Below, in pieces: positions 24,520-37,400 of a DNA stretch of 64,000 bases. Under the pieces are notes generated by a model. It saw only the letters and a program-made list of their open reading frames with translations. It made no database searches and was not told the origin of the DNA. The stretch spans positions 56,422,001 through 56,486,000 of the forward strand of contig NC_086097.1 in the NCBI RefSeq assembly GCF_963921235.1, in the 5' to 3' direction. Position 1 is the stretch's first letter, and each line of letters opens with the position of its first letter. The position numbers and the translations under genes are program-made. The DNA is from Mobula hypostoma (lineage: Eukaryota).

Positions 24520-27500
24520 CAGCTTTCTGAAAACTTCTGATAGGTTAACGCATAGGGGGAGGAGTGCAGTAGTGATAGGGTACTTTGCCTCCCAGGTGCC
24601 AGAGTCAGGGATGTCTTGGATCTGGTCCACAGCATTCTAAAGGGGAAGGGTGCAAGTGTGAGAAATGTACACATTAGTACCAATAACAAAGGTGTGAAAA
24701 GGGAAGAGATCCTGAAGAGAGAAATTAGGAAGTTAGGTAGAAAGCTGAAAAGCAGAACCTCCAGGGTATTGTTGGGGTACAGGACCTCTGTATTGCTGCC
24801 TGTGCAACATGCCAATGAAAGTAAGAATAGGATGATTTGGCAGATGAATCCGTGGCTGAGGAGTTGGTGCAAGGGGCAGGGTTTCAAATCTCTGGATCTT
24901 TGGGATCTCTTCATGGGAAGGTATGACCTATACGAAAAGGACAGGTTACACCTAAACACGAGAGGGACCAACATCCTTCTAGGCAGGTTTGCTAGAGCTG
25001 TTGGAAATTTGTCAGGCGAATGGGAACTGAAATGATAGGGCTGAGGATTGGGCAGTTGGTATACTAGTAGATGCAGTGTATAGTTAAGACTGTGAGGAAG
25101 GACAGGCAGATGATAGGGCAAAATTGCAGACAGTCAAATTAGTTGAAGTGTAACATGGGGGCAAAATGGAAAAGGGTGATGAATACAGGGCAGAAGGTGT
25201 TATATTTGAATGCACGCAGTATACGGAATAAGATGGATGATCTTGTAGCACAGTTTGAGGTTGCCAGGTACGAGTTTGCGGGCATCATTAAGTCGTGGCT
25301 GAAAGAAGATCATAGATAGGACCTTACATCCAAGGGTACACATTGTATCAAAAGGACAAGTAGATAGACGGAGCGAGTAGGGTAGTTCTATTGGTAAAAA
25401 ATATTAAAGCAAATCCTTATAAAGAAGTGACATAGGAGCAAAAGGTGTAGAATCCTTGTGGGTGGATTTAAGAAACTGCAGGGGTAAAAAGACCCTGATG
25501 GGAGTTATATACAGGCCTCCCAATAGTGGCCAGGATGTGGGATACAAATTACAATGAGAGATAGAAAATGCATGTATAAAGGGCAATGTTACAATAGTCA
25601 TGGGGAATAACAATATGCAAGTAGATTGGGAAAATCAGATTGGTGCTAGATCCCAAGAGATGGAATTTGTAGAATGCCTACAAGATGACACTTTAGAGCA
25701 GCTTGTGGTCGAGCACACTAGGAGAAAGACAGTTCTGATTGGATGTTGTGTAGTGAACCAGATTTGATTAGGGAGCTAAGGAACCCTTGGAAGCAGTAAT
25801 TACAATACGATAGAATTCACCTTGCAGTATGAGAGAGAGGAGATAAAGTCAGATGTATCAGTGGAGTAAAGGGAATTACAGAGGCATGAGAGAGGAGCTG
25901 GCCAAGGTTGACTGGAAGGAGACACTAGCAGGGATGACGGCAGAATAGCAATGGCTGGAGTTTCTCGTGGCAATTCGGAAGGCACAGGATAGATACATCC
26001 AAAAGATGAAGAAGTATTCTAAAGGCAGGATGAAGCAACTGTGTCTGCCAAGGAAAATAAAATCAGCATAAGAAACAAAAAAGGGTGCATATAATATGGT
26101 AAAAATTAGTGGGAAGTTAGGGGACTGGGAAGCTTTTAAGATCCAACAGAAGGCAACTAAAATGCCATACAGACAGAAAGGTAATTCAGCCCCAATATAA
26201 AAGAGGATACCAAAAGTTTCTTCAGATACTGTAAATAAAGAGTAAAAGAAAGGCAAGAGTGGATATCAGACTATTGGAAAATGACGCTGGAGAAGTAATA
26301 ATGGGGACAAAGAAATGATCGATGAATGTAAGTATTTTTTGTCAATCCTCAATGTGGAAGACATTAGCAGTGTTCCATAAATTCAAGAGTGTCATGGGGC
26401 AGCAGTGAGTGCAGTTGCTATTACTAAGGAGAAGTTGTTTTGTAAATTGAAAGATCTGAAGGAACATACGTCCCTGGACCAGATGGACTACAGCCCGGGT
26501 TCTGAAAAAGGTGAATGGTGGAAAAAGAAATTGTGGAGGCATTAATAATGAACTTTCAAGAATCACTAGATTCTGCAATGGTTCTAGAGGCACAGAAGGT
26601 TGCAAATGTCATTCCACTCTTTAAGAATGGAGAGAGGCAAGAGAAAGGAAATTGTAGGCCAGCTATCCTGACTTCAGTGTTCAGTGATTGGGAAGGTGTT
26701 GGAGTCCATTACTGAGGATGTTTCAGGGTACTTGCAGGCACATGATAAAATAGGTCAAGGTCTGCATGGAAATCTTGCCTGACAAATCTGTTGAATTTTT
26801 TTAAAGAAATAATAGGCACAATAGACAAAGGAGAGTCAGTGGATGCTGTTTACTTGGATTTTCAGAAGGCCTTTGACAAGGTGCCACACGTGAGGCTTTT
26901 AACAAGGTAAGAGCCCACAGTATTACAAGGAAGATACTTGCAGATATAGAAGGTTGGCTGACTGGCAGAAGGCAGAGTGGGAATAAAGCGGGCCTTTTCT
27001 GGTTAGCTGCTGGTGACAAGTGGTGTTCTGCAGGGGTCGGTGTTGGGACTTCTTCTTTTCATGTCATACGTCAATGATTTAGATGATGGAATTGACGGCT
27101 GTGTGGCCAAGTTTGCAGACAATACAAAGATAGATGGAGAGGCAAGCAGTGTTGAAAAATGGGGAGTCTGCAGCAGGACTTGGACAGGCTCAGAGAATGG
27201 TCAAAGTATGGAGAAGTGTTGGTCATGAACTTTGGTAGAAGAAATAAAGGTGTAGACGATTTTCTAAATGGGGAGAAAGTTCAAAAACCAGAGGTGCAAA
27301 GGGACTTGGGAGCCCGTTCAGAATTCTCTGCAAGCTATCTTGCAGGTTGACTGGCATCCTAGCTGGCCGTGTCGCCCGCTGGTGTGGGAACTGTACTACC
27401 CTCAATCGCAGGGCACTGCAGAGAGTGGTGCAGACAGCCCAGCACATCTGTGGATGTGAACTTTCCTCTATTCAGAACATTTCCAGCAGCAGGTTCGGAA

Positions 27501-27964
27501 AAGGGTCTGGAGGATCATCAGAGACTCCAGCCACCCCAACCACAATCAGATGCTGCTTCCAGCTGGCAAACGGTACCGCAGCATTAAAGCCAGGACCAAC
27601 AGGCCATCAGATTTATCAATACACACTGATCTGATTGCATATCTAACTGTACATTGTATCTGACTGTACATACATATATACTACACAATTACGTATACAA
27701 TCTTAGTATTTGGGCAATATCCTCCCACATTTCCCTTCCTTATTGCTTGTGCATAGCGATAGAGATGCAACACAAAGATTTTTACTCCCTCATGTTGTGA
27801 GATGAATGAAAAAAGTAAAAATCCTAATTCTAATTCTAGTTCTGAAAAGCTTGAGTTGGTGGTAAGGAAGCATAATAAGTCGCATATGATCGAATGGCGG
27901 AACTGACTCGATGGGCTGAATGGCATAATTCTGTTCCTATGGCTTATGGTCTGATGGTCTTATA
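24520..27964 (+). mobile_element. Near full-length decayed CR1 LINE (ORF1 SGNH esterase, APE endonuclease, RT, 3' tail)
   Basis: ORF 24616-25035 has VHISTNN and DRLHLN (SGNH blocks). Endonuclease motifs YLNARSI and GVIYRPP; RT motifs. The RT C-terminus is deleted before the tail. Confidence 0.93.
27351..27843 (+). mobile_element. Rex1/Babar-type LINE 3' fragment nested in CR1
   Basis: WCGNCTTLNRRALQRVVQTAQHICGCELSSIQNI; (ctaatt)n tail. Confidence 0.85.
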
Positions 27965-28739
27965 ATACAGAACCAATAGGAGGGCTGCAATTTAGCTAAA
28001 ATATTATAATAAATATTGGTGGTAAAATCTTATAAGTGCTCTTAGTATGTTAATTTGCTCTTAGGCATTGGAAGGAAGCTTCAAGCCTCCATAAATAAAA
28101 GTTTTTCCTAACATTGCAAATTAAAATAAATAAATCAATAGGTCCATCAAATAGCCTCAGGTGCAGTGATCTCAATGAATCATTAATCCATGCTTAGTGA
28201 TTTGAATGCAGACAGCATGCAAGCTTTGTACTGCTGTTCATTTATATAATCGCTAGTTATAGTTGGCATTCACTGCAGTGCATGCCTCATCAGGGAAAGA
28301 ATGTTATCATTAGTGAATTAAAGCTGGTTTGTACTACTTAAAGCTAGTCTGCATTTCTTTCAAGGGAGGTGGTTTGCAGAAAAAGTATTCCAACATGACT
28401 TGTGAAACTGTCACTAATGATATAATGTGGAAAAGAGCAAGCTCCAAGATTCTGGTCTCTGCATGGGAACCATTGTCTGAAAGAGAACAATTTAAAAGCA
28501 ACGTAATCAGATGGCATACCTGTCACATTCTGCACAAGTTGTACATGGAGAGAGCTGTGTAAACAACAAAAGGCTTTCTAACAGTATCTGATTACAGCAT
28601 CACAAGAAGTTCAATGGCTTCATAAAAGAACAGAGAAAACATCCTGAATTCCATATCTCACCTCAGCAACAAGACCAGCAGTTTGAAATATGGCTCATAG
28701 AGCCACTCACCCATCAGTAGCCCAACAATTTTCTGCATC

Positions 28740-29130
28740 CATATTCTGGTTACTGGATAGCACTGTCAAGGCCAACATTTATTGCTGATTCCTAATTGCC
28801 CAAGGAGCGGTGTCACCAAGATGCCTTCAAGCACCAGATCATTGAGGGTGCTCCCATAATGCTTTAGGGTAGGAAGTTCTGGAATTTTGACAGAGCAATG
28901 GCAGCACATTTTTCAGGCCAGAATGACGTGTGACTTGCAGCTGTTGCCTTTGTCCTTGACAATGGTTGTGAACAAGCTGCTGTGGTTTCGATTGTGTAAA
29001 GTTTCTTGATTGTTGTTGGAGCTGTATTCACCCAGGTAAGCAGAGGACTTACTACCACTCTCCCAACTTGTGTCTTGTAGATGGTGAAAAGGCTTATGGG
29101 TCTCAAAAGGTGAGGCATCCACCTCCACTA
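28740..29130 (-). mobile_element. Ancient LINE 3' fragment
   Basis: catttattgctgattcctaattgccc terminus; ORF TIYKTQV...PLLTWVNTAPTTIKKL resembles an RT C-terminus. Confidence 0.55.
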
Positions 29131-29189
29131 ATCACTGGAAAATTTTCACCTTGATTTTATATTTATAACTTTCTTTATTTCCTTATGAT

Positions 29190-29465
29190 ATATGAGGCCA
29201 TTTGGCCAATTATTTCTGACATCAGACCCATTTACAATATTTCCATTCCTTCATCAATTCTCCCCAATTCTCCAGCCACACACCTGCGCTGAAAGACATT
29301 TACAGCTGCCAAGTAACCTACTAGTACAACTTTGGGAGAGGGATAGAACCAGAGGCCCTGGGGGAAACCTCTATGGAGAACATGCAAACTCCATACAGAC
29401 AGTACAAGAGGTCAGAACTGAAGTTGTGTGGCATCAGCATTAATTGCTGCACCACTGTGTCACCC
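29190..29465 (-). mobile_element. Degraded tRNA-derived SINE
   Basis: ggagaacatgcaaactccatacagacag...ctgcaccactgtgtcaccc. Confidence 0.65.
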
Positions 29466-30652
29466 AATCAATTCAGACTTACAGGGACCCCTCAATGTCG
29501 CACTGAGCCCTGTGGTCCTTGGTAAAAAGACAACCAGTTTCACCTTACCTCTGGGATTTTCTGATTAGATCCGAAGCCCAATGTTCCTGGAAAATCCCAA
29601 AATGGGATTTGGCGAGCAGCTTACTGTGACTTGAAGGCACTATTGAAAACACTTGCCATTACTTTACTGATGACTGACTGATAGACTGACTTGGTGATAT
29701 TAGACCAATTGGATCGATGAGTTACTAGAGCCCAATCTGCACTCTCACAGACATCAGTTGCCTCTTAGGCTGCAATGGAACCAGATGCAGGAAAGGAGTG
29801 GTGGAGGAAGGAGGAAATTCACAGAATCACAAAATAGTTCCATCACGAAGCTGACTACATGACTAGTTCTATATGGTCTTATGGTTTCTATGCATGTAGG
29901 TGCAGATAGCCCCACTTCCCACATTTCTGCATGGTATTTCCTTTTACTGCCACCACTACCATGGTAAGCTGTGCATTCCAGAACCCAATCACTCTCCCTG
30001 TAAAAACAAAACGTCACTTTTGCTGCTCATCTTCATTCTATGTCCTCTGGCTCTTGACAATATTGATGATCTGTTCTGTCTATGGAGTCATGATTTTTAA
30101 AATACTTTTATTTGAAAGGGAGTATGAAAGAATTAAAATGGCTGTGATTAAGTGGAGTAAAAAGGTCTTTGAGCTGAAACACGAAACTCAGTTTCTCTTT
30201 TCACAGGTGTTACTTGATCTTTTGAATATTTCCAGCATCTTTTGCTTTCATTGCTGATATCATATCAAATCTTCTCCTAGCAAAAGACATCCCAGCTGGT
30301 CTAGGCCTGTTTTAAGGACTGCATACGTCAATGGTCTGGTGAGGCTATCTTCTCCGACATCTCAAATGGCCAGCAGCTTTATGGTCAAAAGGAATCCTCC
30401 TCAGAACCTTCTCCAGCTGGGAAAGGTGAGGGAGGGGATAGGGATAATAGTGGAATGGGAGAGGGAGCAGTCCCTGTTGCCAGACATCCTTCGGAAATAA
30501 AGCAAAGTCAGGGATAGAAAAACAATTTGTGGACTGTGTATATATAGTCATAGTATCATTCATACTCAGTGCTGAATTAAATGATGAAACAAATTATTAG
30601 AGTGATTTAACCCACGCTTAGAAAGTTGATAGGTTGGTGTTGGTACATTTAC

Positions 30653-30778
30653 CTTGTATAATGCTGACGTGGATGCAGATCCAACAGCCAGTGCGACTCC
30701 CATGATTGAATCACCGTGGAAACCATCTGCATATGCCATCATTACAATTCCAGTAATTGCCATGATTACAGCAACTAT
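30653..30778 (-). CDS. SLC35F4: SLC35F4 coding exon (126 nt)
   Basis: Acceptor tttgacattag|ATA and donor AAG|gtaaat. Encodes IVAVIMAITGIVMMAYADGFHGDSIMGVALAVGSASTSALYK, phase 0-0. Confidence 0.96.
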
Positions 30779-31329
30779 CTAATGTCAAACAAATGGGGGA
30801 GGGATAATAAGAGAAATAAAAATGTTTTAAACATTCTCTCAAATTTTCTTCATGATTAAAGTAAGCAACTCTCAAGTGTATCAGGTTATCAAGCATAAGA
30901 ACTTTTAATGTAATTTTGCCTCGTCTTCATATTTTTCTATAATCCCCATGCAGATGCCAATTTTAGTTAGTGACAATACATTAGTGTAAACAGGCATTAC
31001 ACATGAATGGATTTTATTAATTAAACAGCCAATTTCAATTTATAGATCTACTTTCAGAATTTTCAGTGGTTGACAGAAAGGAAAAATAATGTTCTTACCG
31101 TTTTCTCCAGGGATGTGAAAATGATCTAAATATCACGAGATTAAAGAAACCAAGACTGCAGACATTTGGCAGTATTTCAAGATAGGATGTTATATCTTTT
31201 TAAAGTATTATACTGGAAATTAATGGTTCACATCCAGGAATCTCTCTACTTATTTCTTGATGAACATTTCCTGGTGACAAATCTTGTTAAACTCCTGGCA
31301 GAGTTTTGCAACTAATAAGTGTGAATACG

Positions 31330-31525
31330 GGTGGTACAGTAGAGCATCGGTTAGTGTAATGTTTTACAGCGCCACAATTCTTGTGCTGTCTATAAGGAGT
31401 TTGTATGTTCTCCCAGTGACATCATGCCTCTGGATGCTCCAGTTCAAAAAAAGTAAAGGTGAGTCGGTTAATTGGACTCATGGATGCAATTAGGCTGGAA
31501 CAGTTTGCTACCATGATATATATCT
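31330..31525 (+). mobile_element. tRNA-derived SINE (partial)
   Basis: A-box-like ggtacagtagagcatcggttagtg; gagtttgtatgttctcccagtgac. Confidence 0.65.
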
Positions 31526-31545
31526 CAAAATTTAAAAAATTAAAA

Positions 31546-31815
31546 AGGGGTGGAATGGTAGCATAGCAGTTAACATGACACTATTACAGCTCAGGGCATC
31601 AGAGTTTGGAGTTCATTTCCGGCGCTGTCTATACATTCTGTCTGTGACCATAATTGTTTCCTCCGGGTGCTCCATTTTCCTCCCACAGTCCCAAGATGTA
31701 CCAGTTAGCAAGTTAATTGGTCATTGTAAATTGTCCTGTTAAATAGGTGGGTCGCCAGGTAGCACGGCTCATTAGGCTGGAAGGACCTGTTCTGCGCTGA
31801 ATCTCTGAATAAATA
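31546..31815 (+). mobile_element. tRNA-derived SINE
   Basis: A box ggtagcatagcagtta, B box ggagttcatttcc, central domain tcctccgggtgctcc...cctcccacagtcc, and (aata)n tail. Confidence 0.75.
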
Positions 31816-32844
31816 AATTAATGCCTTGTAATCGTTTCTTTCCAAAGTTACACTAAATAAAATTGAACTTGTGGATTATTATTATTGCTGTTTTTTTGTG
31901 CTGGGAGGGGGTATAGATATGTTGCTATTGTCGTTTTTTCCTGCGGGGGTGGGGGATTCTGGGGTCTGCTAGTTTAGGTTTTTTTTGTTTGTATTTCATG
32001 GCTATCTGGAGAAGACAAATGTCAGAGTTGTATTGTACATGCATTCTTTGACAATATTGATAACTCACCAGAAAAAATATGAGAGGAATTAGGAATATAA
32101 ATATATAAAATCACAAGATATGTTAGGTTAACTACGTAGATCATATACACCACAAGCCTATCATTGGATTAGATATCACTAGATAAAAGCAAATGAAGCA
32201 TTATACTTATGGCACTCACATGGTTTCATGAAGTGTGAAACATATTCAATTGTCTTAGAAATAGATAGGATTCCTATTGGGGAAGATCCATGGTTATCTC
32301 ATAAAAAAACATCTGTGCTATGTAAAATATATCATGTAAAGTTGCAAAGCTTTTCATGCACCTACTGAACAACTCTAGAGTTAGCAAGTAGGGTACCTAA
32401 AGGAAAAGAAAGTTCTATTCCACAGCATACCATTTTATATGCATGGTTGTATCCATATTGACTAGGAATACAAAAATTACTTGGTAGTATGAAGAACCTG
32501 ACCATGTCATATCCACCGTCACACAGAACCGATCAATGTGATCAGAAAATTCTCTAAAATATTGACTGAAATAAAATAATTTATACATGGTTGTAAAGGG
32601 TAAATCCTCAAAATTGTTTCAAAAGCCTCACTATTTTGAGACACTGAATTTACTAATGTTGTTACAATAACCTTAAGCAACAAAGGACATTTATGGCAGT
32701 AATGCCCTTGAAATCTTGCAATAAGAAAATTCTTAGATAGTGTTCAACATGTGATATCTGTATTAGTTATAAGGCAAATCCAATGCAGAAAATGCTATCA
32801 GATTGTTTTTTTGACTGCTGTTTGTCTCTGTTGTTCTTGGTTAG

Positions 32845-33552
32845 GTAGAGTCATAGAGTCGTAACAACAGAACAGAAACAGGCCCTTCAGCCCATCTCTG
32901 TGCTGTTCTATTAATCTGCCCAGACCATAGCCCTCCATACCTCTTCCATGCATGAGCCTATCCAATTTCTCTTAAATGTTGAAAATGAACCTGCATCCAC
33001 CACTTGCGCTGGCAACTTATTTCACACTCCCACCACTCTTTGAGTAAAGGAGATCCCCCTTATGTTCCCCTTAAATATTTTCCCTTTCACCCTTAACCCA
33101 TGAGTTCTAGTTGTAGTCTCACCCAACCTCAGCAGAAAAAGCCTACTTGCAATTACCCTCATAATTTTGTACACCTCCATCAAATTTCCCTTCAAATCTT
33201 CTACACTCAAGTGATTAAAGTCCTAACCTTCAAGCTTTGCATATAACTCAGGTCCTCATGTTCTGGCAAAATCCTTGTAAATTTTCTCCACACTCTTATT
33301 TACATATTTCATGTAAGTAGGTGACCAAAATTGTACACAATGTACCAAATTAGGCCTCACCAACATCTTATACGATTTCTACATAACATCTGATCTCCTG
33401 CACTCAATACGTTGATTTCTGAAGGACAGTGTGCCAAAATCTTTCTTTACGACCCTTTCTAACTGTGATGCCACTTTCAAGGAATTATCCCAAATCCCTC
33501 TATTCTACCACTACCCTCAGTGCCCTACCGCTCACCGTGTAAGACCTACCCA
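32845..33552 (-). mobile_element. CR1 LINE 3' portion
   Basis: (tagagtca) tail; ORF 33022-33210 includes TRTHGLRVKG...FTQRVV. Confidence 0.85.
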
Positions 33553-34432
33553 AAAATGAGTTAAGAAGATTTTAATTTTTTAAAAGCATGTGACAATGTA
33601 TGAAATGAAATTGAGTGCCATGGTGTCTGAGTAACTTTCCAGCGATTAATTGTTACAACAGGCAGCAATTCAGCCAAGGCAGTCAGAATGATTTATGAAC
33701 TGTAGATATTTCACAGAACATGATTCTTTTTCCAGAAGAAAAATCAGCGGTAAGTAAATCTGTTTCAGCATGAATATCAATGTTCACCATTTGTCACTTG
33801 TCAGGACTCTGCTTGTATTTCAGTGTACTACACAGTCAGAAATGTAAGCAATTGGACTAGAGGTCACCACCATTGTTGTGGCTAGAGTTTGATTCTACTC
33901 ATTACTGTTGAAATGTTCTGGCTGTGAAATCAGGGAAAGTCTGCTTATAAGTGATGGAGTAGTCATGTCACAAACAAGATAGGGAACCAGCTGGCAGGAG
34001 GACAGGTGTGCATTTTATCCCAACATTTCGTGGAAACAGAGCACTGTGTCTCATAAAACTACAAAAATTAACCTGACCATCCCATATAAGTTGAGAATAG
34101 ATCAGCCTCAATTTCAACACAGAAGCTGATTCCGTTCAAGATAACTTTGAATATATCACATGAGAGCATCCACATGAGAGTCAGGATTCCAACATGATTC
34201 GAAGGGGAAAGGTTGGAAGTTTCACCTCGCACCAACCACAGGAGTGAAGCACTCAGTATATTGGATCGCATGTCTGACAATATTACTTTAAACTACCTGG
34301 CTGCAGGCTCCCAGAATGAAGAAATGAGTACACAACAGGTCACTCCATACAAATGGATGTCCAAGATACATGAAAGCTTGCAGACATAATTCTGTTTTTA
34401 TTTTTGCTTTGCTCAGAAAGTCAGGAATGCTT

Positions 34433-37400
34433 AGACCATAATAGTCGGACCATAAGACACAGGGGTAGAGTTAGGCCTCTTGGGCATCAAGTCGACTCCA
34501 CCATTCCATCATGGCTGACTTATTATCCCTCTCAACCCCATTCTCCTGCTGTCTCCGCGTAATCTTTGACGCTATGACAAATCGAGAACCTATCAACCTC
34601 TGCTTTAAGTAACAGTGACTCAACCTCCATAGCTGTCTGTGGCAACAAATTCCATAGAAATGGCTAAAAAAATTCATCCTCATCTCTGTTCTAATTGGAC
34701 GCCCCTCTATTCCGAGCCTGTGCCCTCTGGTCCTAGACTCACCCACTATAGGAACATCTTCTTCACATCCACTCTATCTAGGCCTTTCAATATTTGATAG
34801 GTTTCAATGAGATTCCCCCTCTAAATTCCAGCAAATACAGGCCCAGGGCCATAAAATGCTCCTCATACATTAACACTTTCATTTTTGGAATAATTCTTGT
34901 GAACTTCCTCTGGATCTTCTCCAATCCCAGCATATATTTTCTTAGGTAAGTGGCCCAAAATTGCTCACAATATTCAAGTGTGAGCAATGCTTTATAAAGA
35001 CTCAATATTACCTCCTTGCTCTTATATTCTAATCCCCTTGAAATGAATGCTAACATCACATTCGGCTTCTGACTTAATCTGCAAGTTAACGTTTAGGGAA
35101 TCCTGCACAAAGACACCCAAATCCTTTCACACCTCTGATTTTTGAATTTTCTCCCCGTTTAGCAAATAGTCTACACCTTTATTTCTTCTACCAAAGTGCA
35201 CGACCGTAAACTTCCCTACACTGTATTCCAACTGCCACTTTTTTGCCCATTCTTCCAATCTGTCTAAGACCTTCTGCAGACTACCTGCTTCCCCAACACT
35301 ACCTGCCCCTCCACCTATCTTCATACTATCTAGGAACTTGACCACAAAGCCATCAATTCCCTCATCCAAGTTGTTGACATATAACATGACCCAATGCCAA
35401 CCACTGCAGAAAAGTATTAGTAACCAGCAGCTACCCAGAAAAGGTCCCCTTTATTCCCTTTCTCCTCCACTTTATTCCCACTCTTTCCCTCCTATCAGTC
35501 TTCTTTCTAGTATCTTTCTAGTAATAACGAGCTCTATCTTGTTAAGCAGCCTCATGTGCAGTACCTTGTCAAAAGCCATCTAAAACATCCACTGACTCTC
35601 CTTTGTCTATTCTGCATGTTAATTCCTCAAAGAATTCCAACAGATTTGTCGGGCAAGACTTCCCCTTAAGGAAACCATACTGACTTTGACCTATTTTAAC
35701 AATGTGTCCCCAAGTACCTCAAAACTTCATCCTCAATAATTGACTCCAAAACCTTCCCAATCATTGATGTCAGGCTAACTGGCTTATAACTTCCTTTCTT
35801 CTGCCTCCCTTCCTTCTTAAAGACTGGAGTGACATCTGCAATCTTCCAACACACAGGAATCATTCCCAAATCTAGTAATCCTTGAAAGCCAAAGATTCAA
35901 AGTACATTTATCATCAAATTTTTATACAGAATACAAGTTTGAGATTCATCCTCCCACAGACAGCCACAAAACAAAGAAACACCGTGGAACCCATCACAAG
36001 AAAATATCAAAACACCCATCACACAAAAAAAGAACAATTTGTGCAAACGGCAAAAAGTGAGTGAACAACGCATAGAATATCTACATCAAACTAGGAGTCC
36101 AGGAGTATTCAGTTTAGTTCAGTTCAGCGCTGTTAGCCAACTGTTGGCCACAGAGCCAGTCTTTGCCAAGGTGCCCCAGTCCATAACTATCGTCCATATC
36201 AATTGATGGCTGATCAAAATCGCTCAAAAGAGAGCAAAAGAAGTGTAACCAGAATCCAGAAACACATGCAACATGAGCCCAAAAGTGAGTCCACAGCCAC
36301 GTGCCTAGCTGACTAATCCATGCAGCTTGGAAATCAAGGCTGCTGCACTTTCCTCCTACAGCAGATTGCAAGCCGACGAGGAAGACCTGTCAATTGCATG
36401 CAGTTGGCGCCAGACACCCTTCCAGACTCCACACTTGTCTTCATCGACTTCAACCATGTTGGAGAAAAGCAATGGAGTCATTCGTGGGCATTCCTGTGTC
36501 CAGGCTTCCAGACCCCCAGGCTGCGCACTCCACTCCCAACCTCACTGAACTCCCTTAAAGGCAGCAAAGTGCCAGATCGCTCAATCAGCCCAAAAACACA
36601 CCATTAAAATGTAACTCACAGTTTCCAATTGCATGCAGCTTAGTAGAAGAATCATATTTGGAAGAAGAAGTAAAAGAACTAGTTTCGTGAACTGTGGGCA
36701 GGACATCGCCATTGGTTGTGTTGTTTGCTGGCACTGTCTTGGAGAACTGATGTCTCCACAACCTCTTCAGCTACCTCTTTCAGATCCTTGGGGTGTAGTC
36801 CATCTGGTCCATGCGACTTTAGACCTTTCAGCTTCCCAAGCACCTTCTCCTTAGCAATAAGAACGACACCTACTTCTGTCCATTGACACACTCAAATTTC
36901 TGGCAGATTGCTAGTGTTTTCCCCCAGTGAAAACTGGCACAACATGCTTATTAAGTTTGTACACTATTTCTTTGTCCCCCATTACAACCTCTCTAGAGTT
37001 AATTTTTCAGCAGTCTGGTATCCACTATCACCTCTGTTTTACTCTTTATACAGCATATTTGAAAAATCTTTTATATTATTAGCTAGCTAGGTTTCATATT
37101 TCAGTTGCTTTGTTAGTTGCCTTCCATTACTTCTTAAAAATTTCCCAAATTCCTCTGAATTCCTGCTAATTTTTAATATATTATATACACTTTCTTTTGC
37201 TTTTATGCTGTCTTTGATTTCCTTTGACAGCCACCGTTGCGCCATCTTCTCTTTGGAATATTTACTCACCTTGGGGATGTATCAATCCTGCACCTTCCAA
37301 ATTACCGCCAGAAACTCCAGCCATTGCTATTCTGCCATCATCGTTGCTAGTGTTCCCTTCCAAACAAATTTGGCCAGCTCCTCTCTCTCTAATTCCCTTT

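Noticed and set aside
24519..25121. 200-aa minus-strand ORF
   Set aside because: Antisense shadow of CR1 ORF1
31330..31815. tRNA genes
   Set aside because: The A/B-box-like motifs are degenerate SINE heads with no cloverleaf
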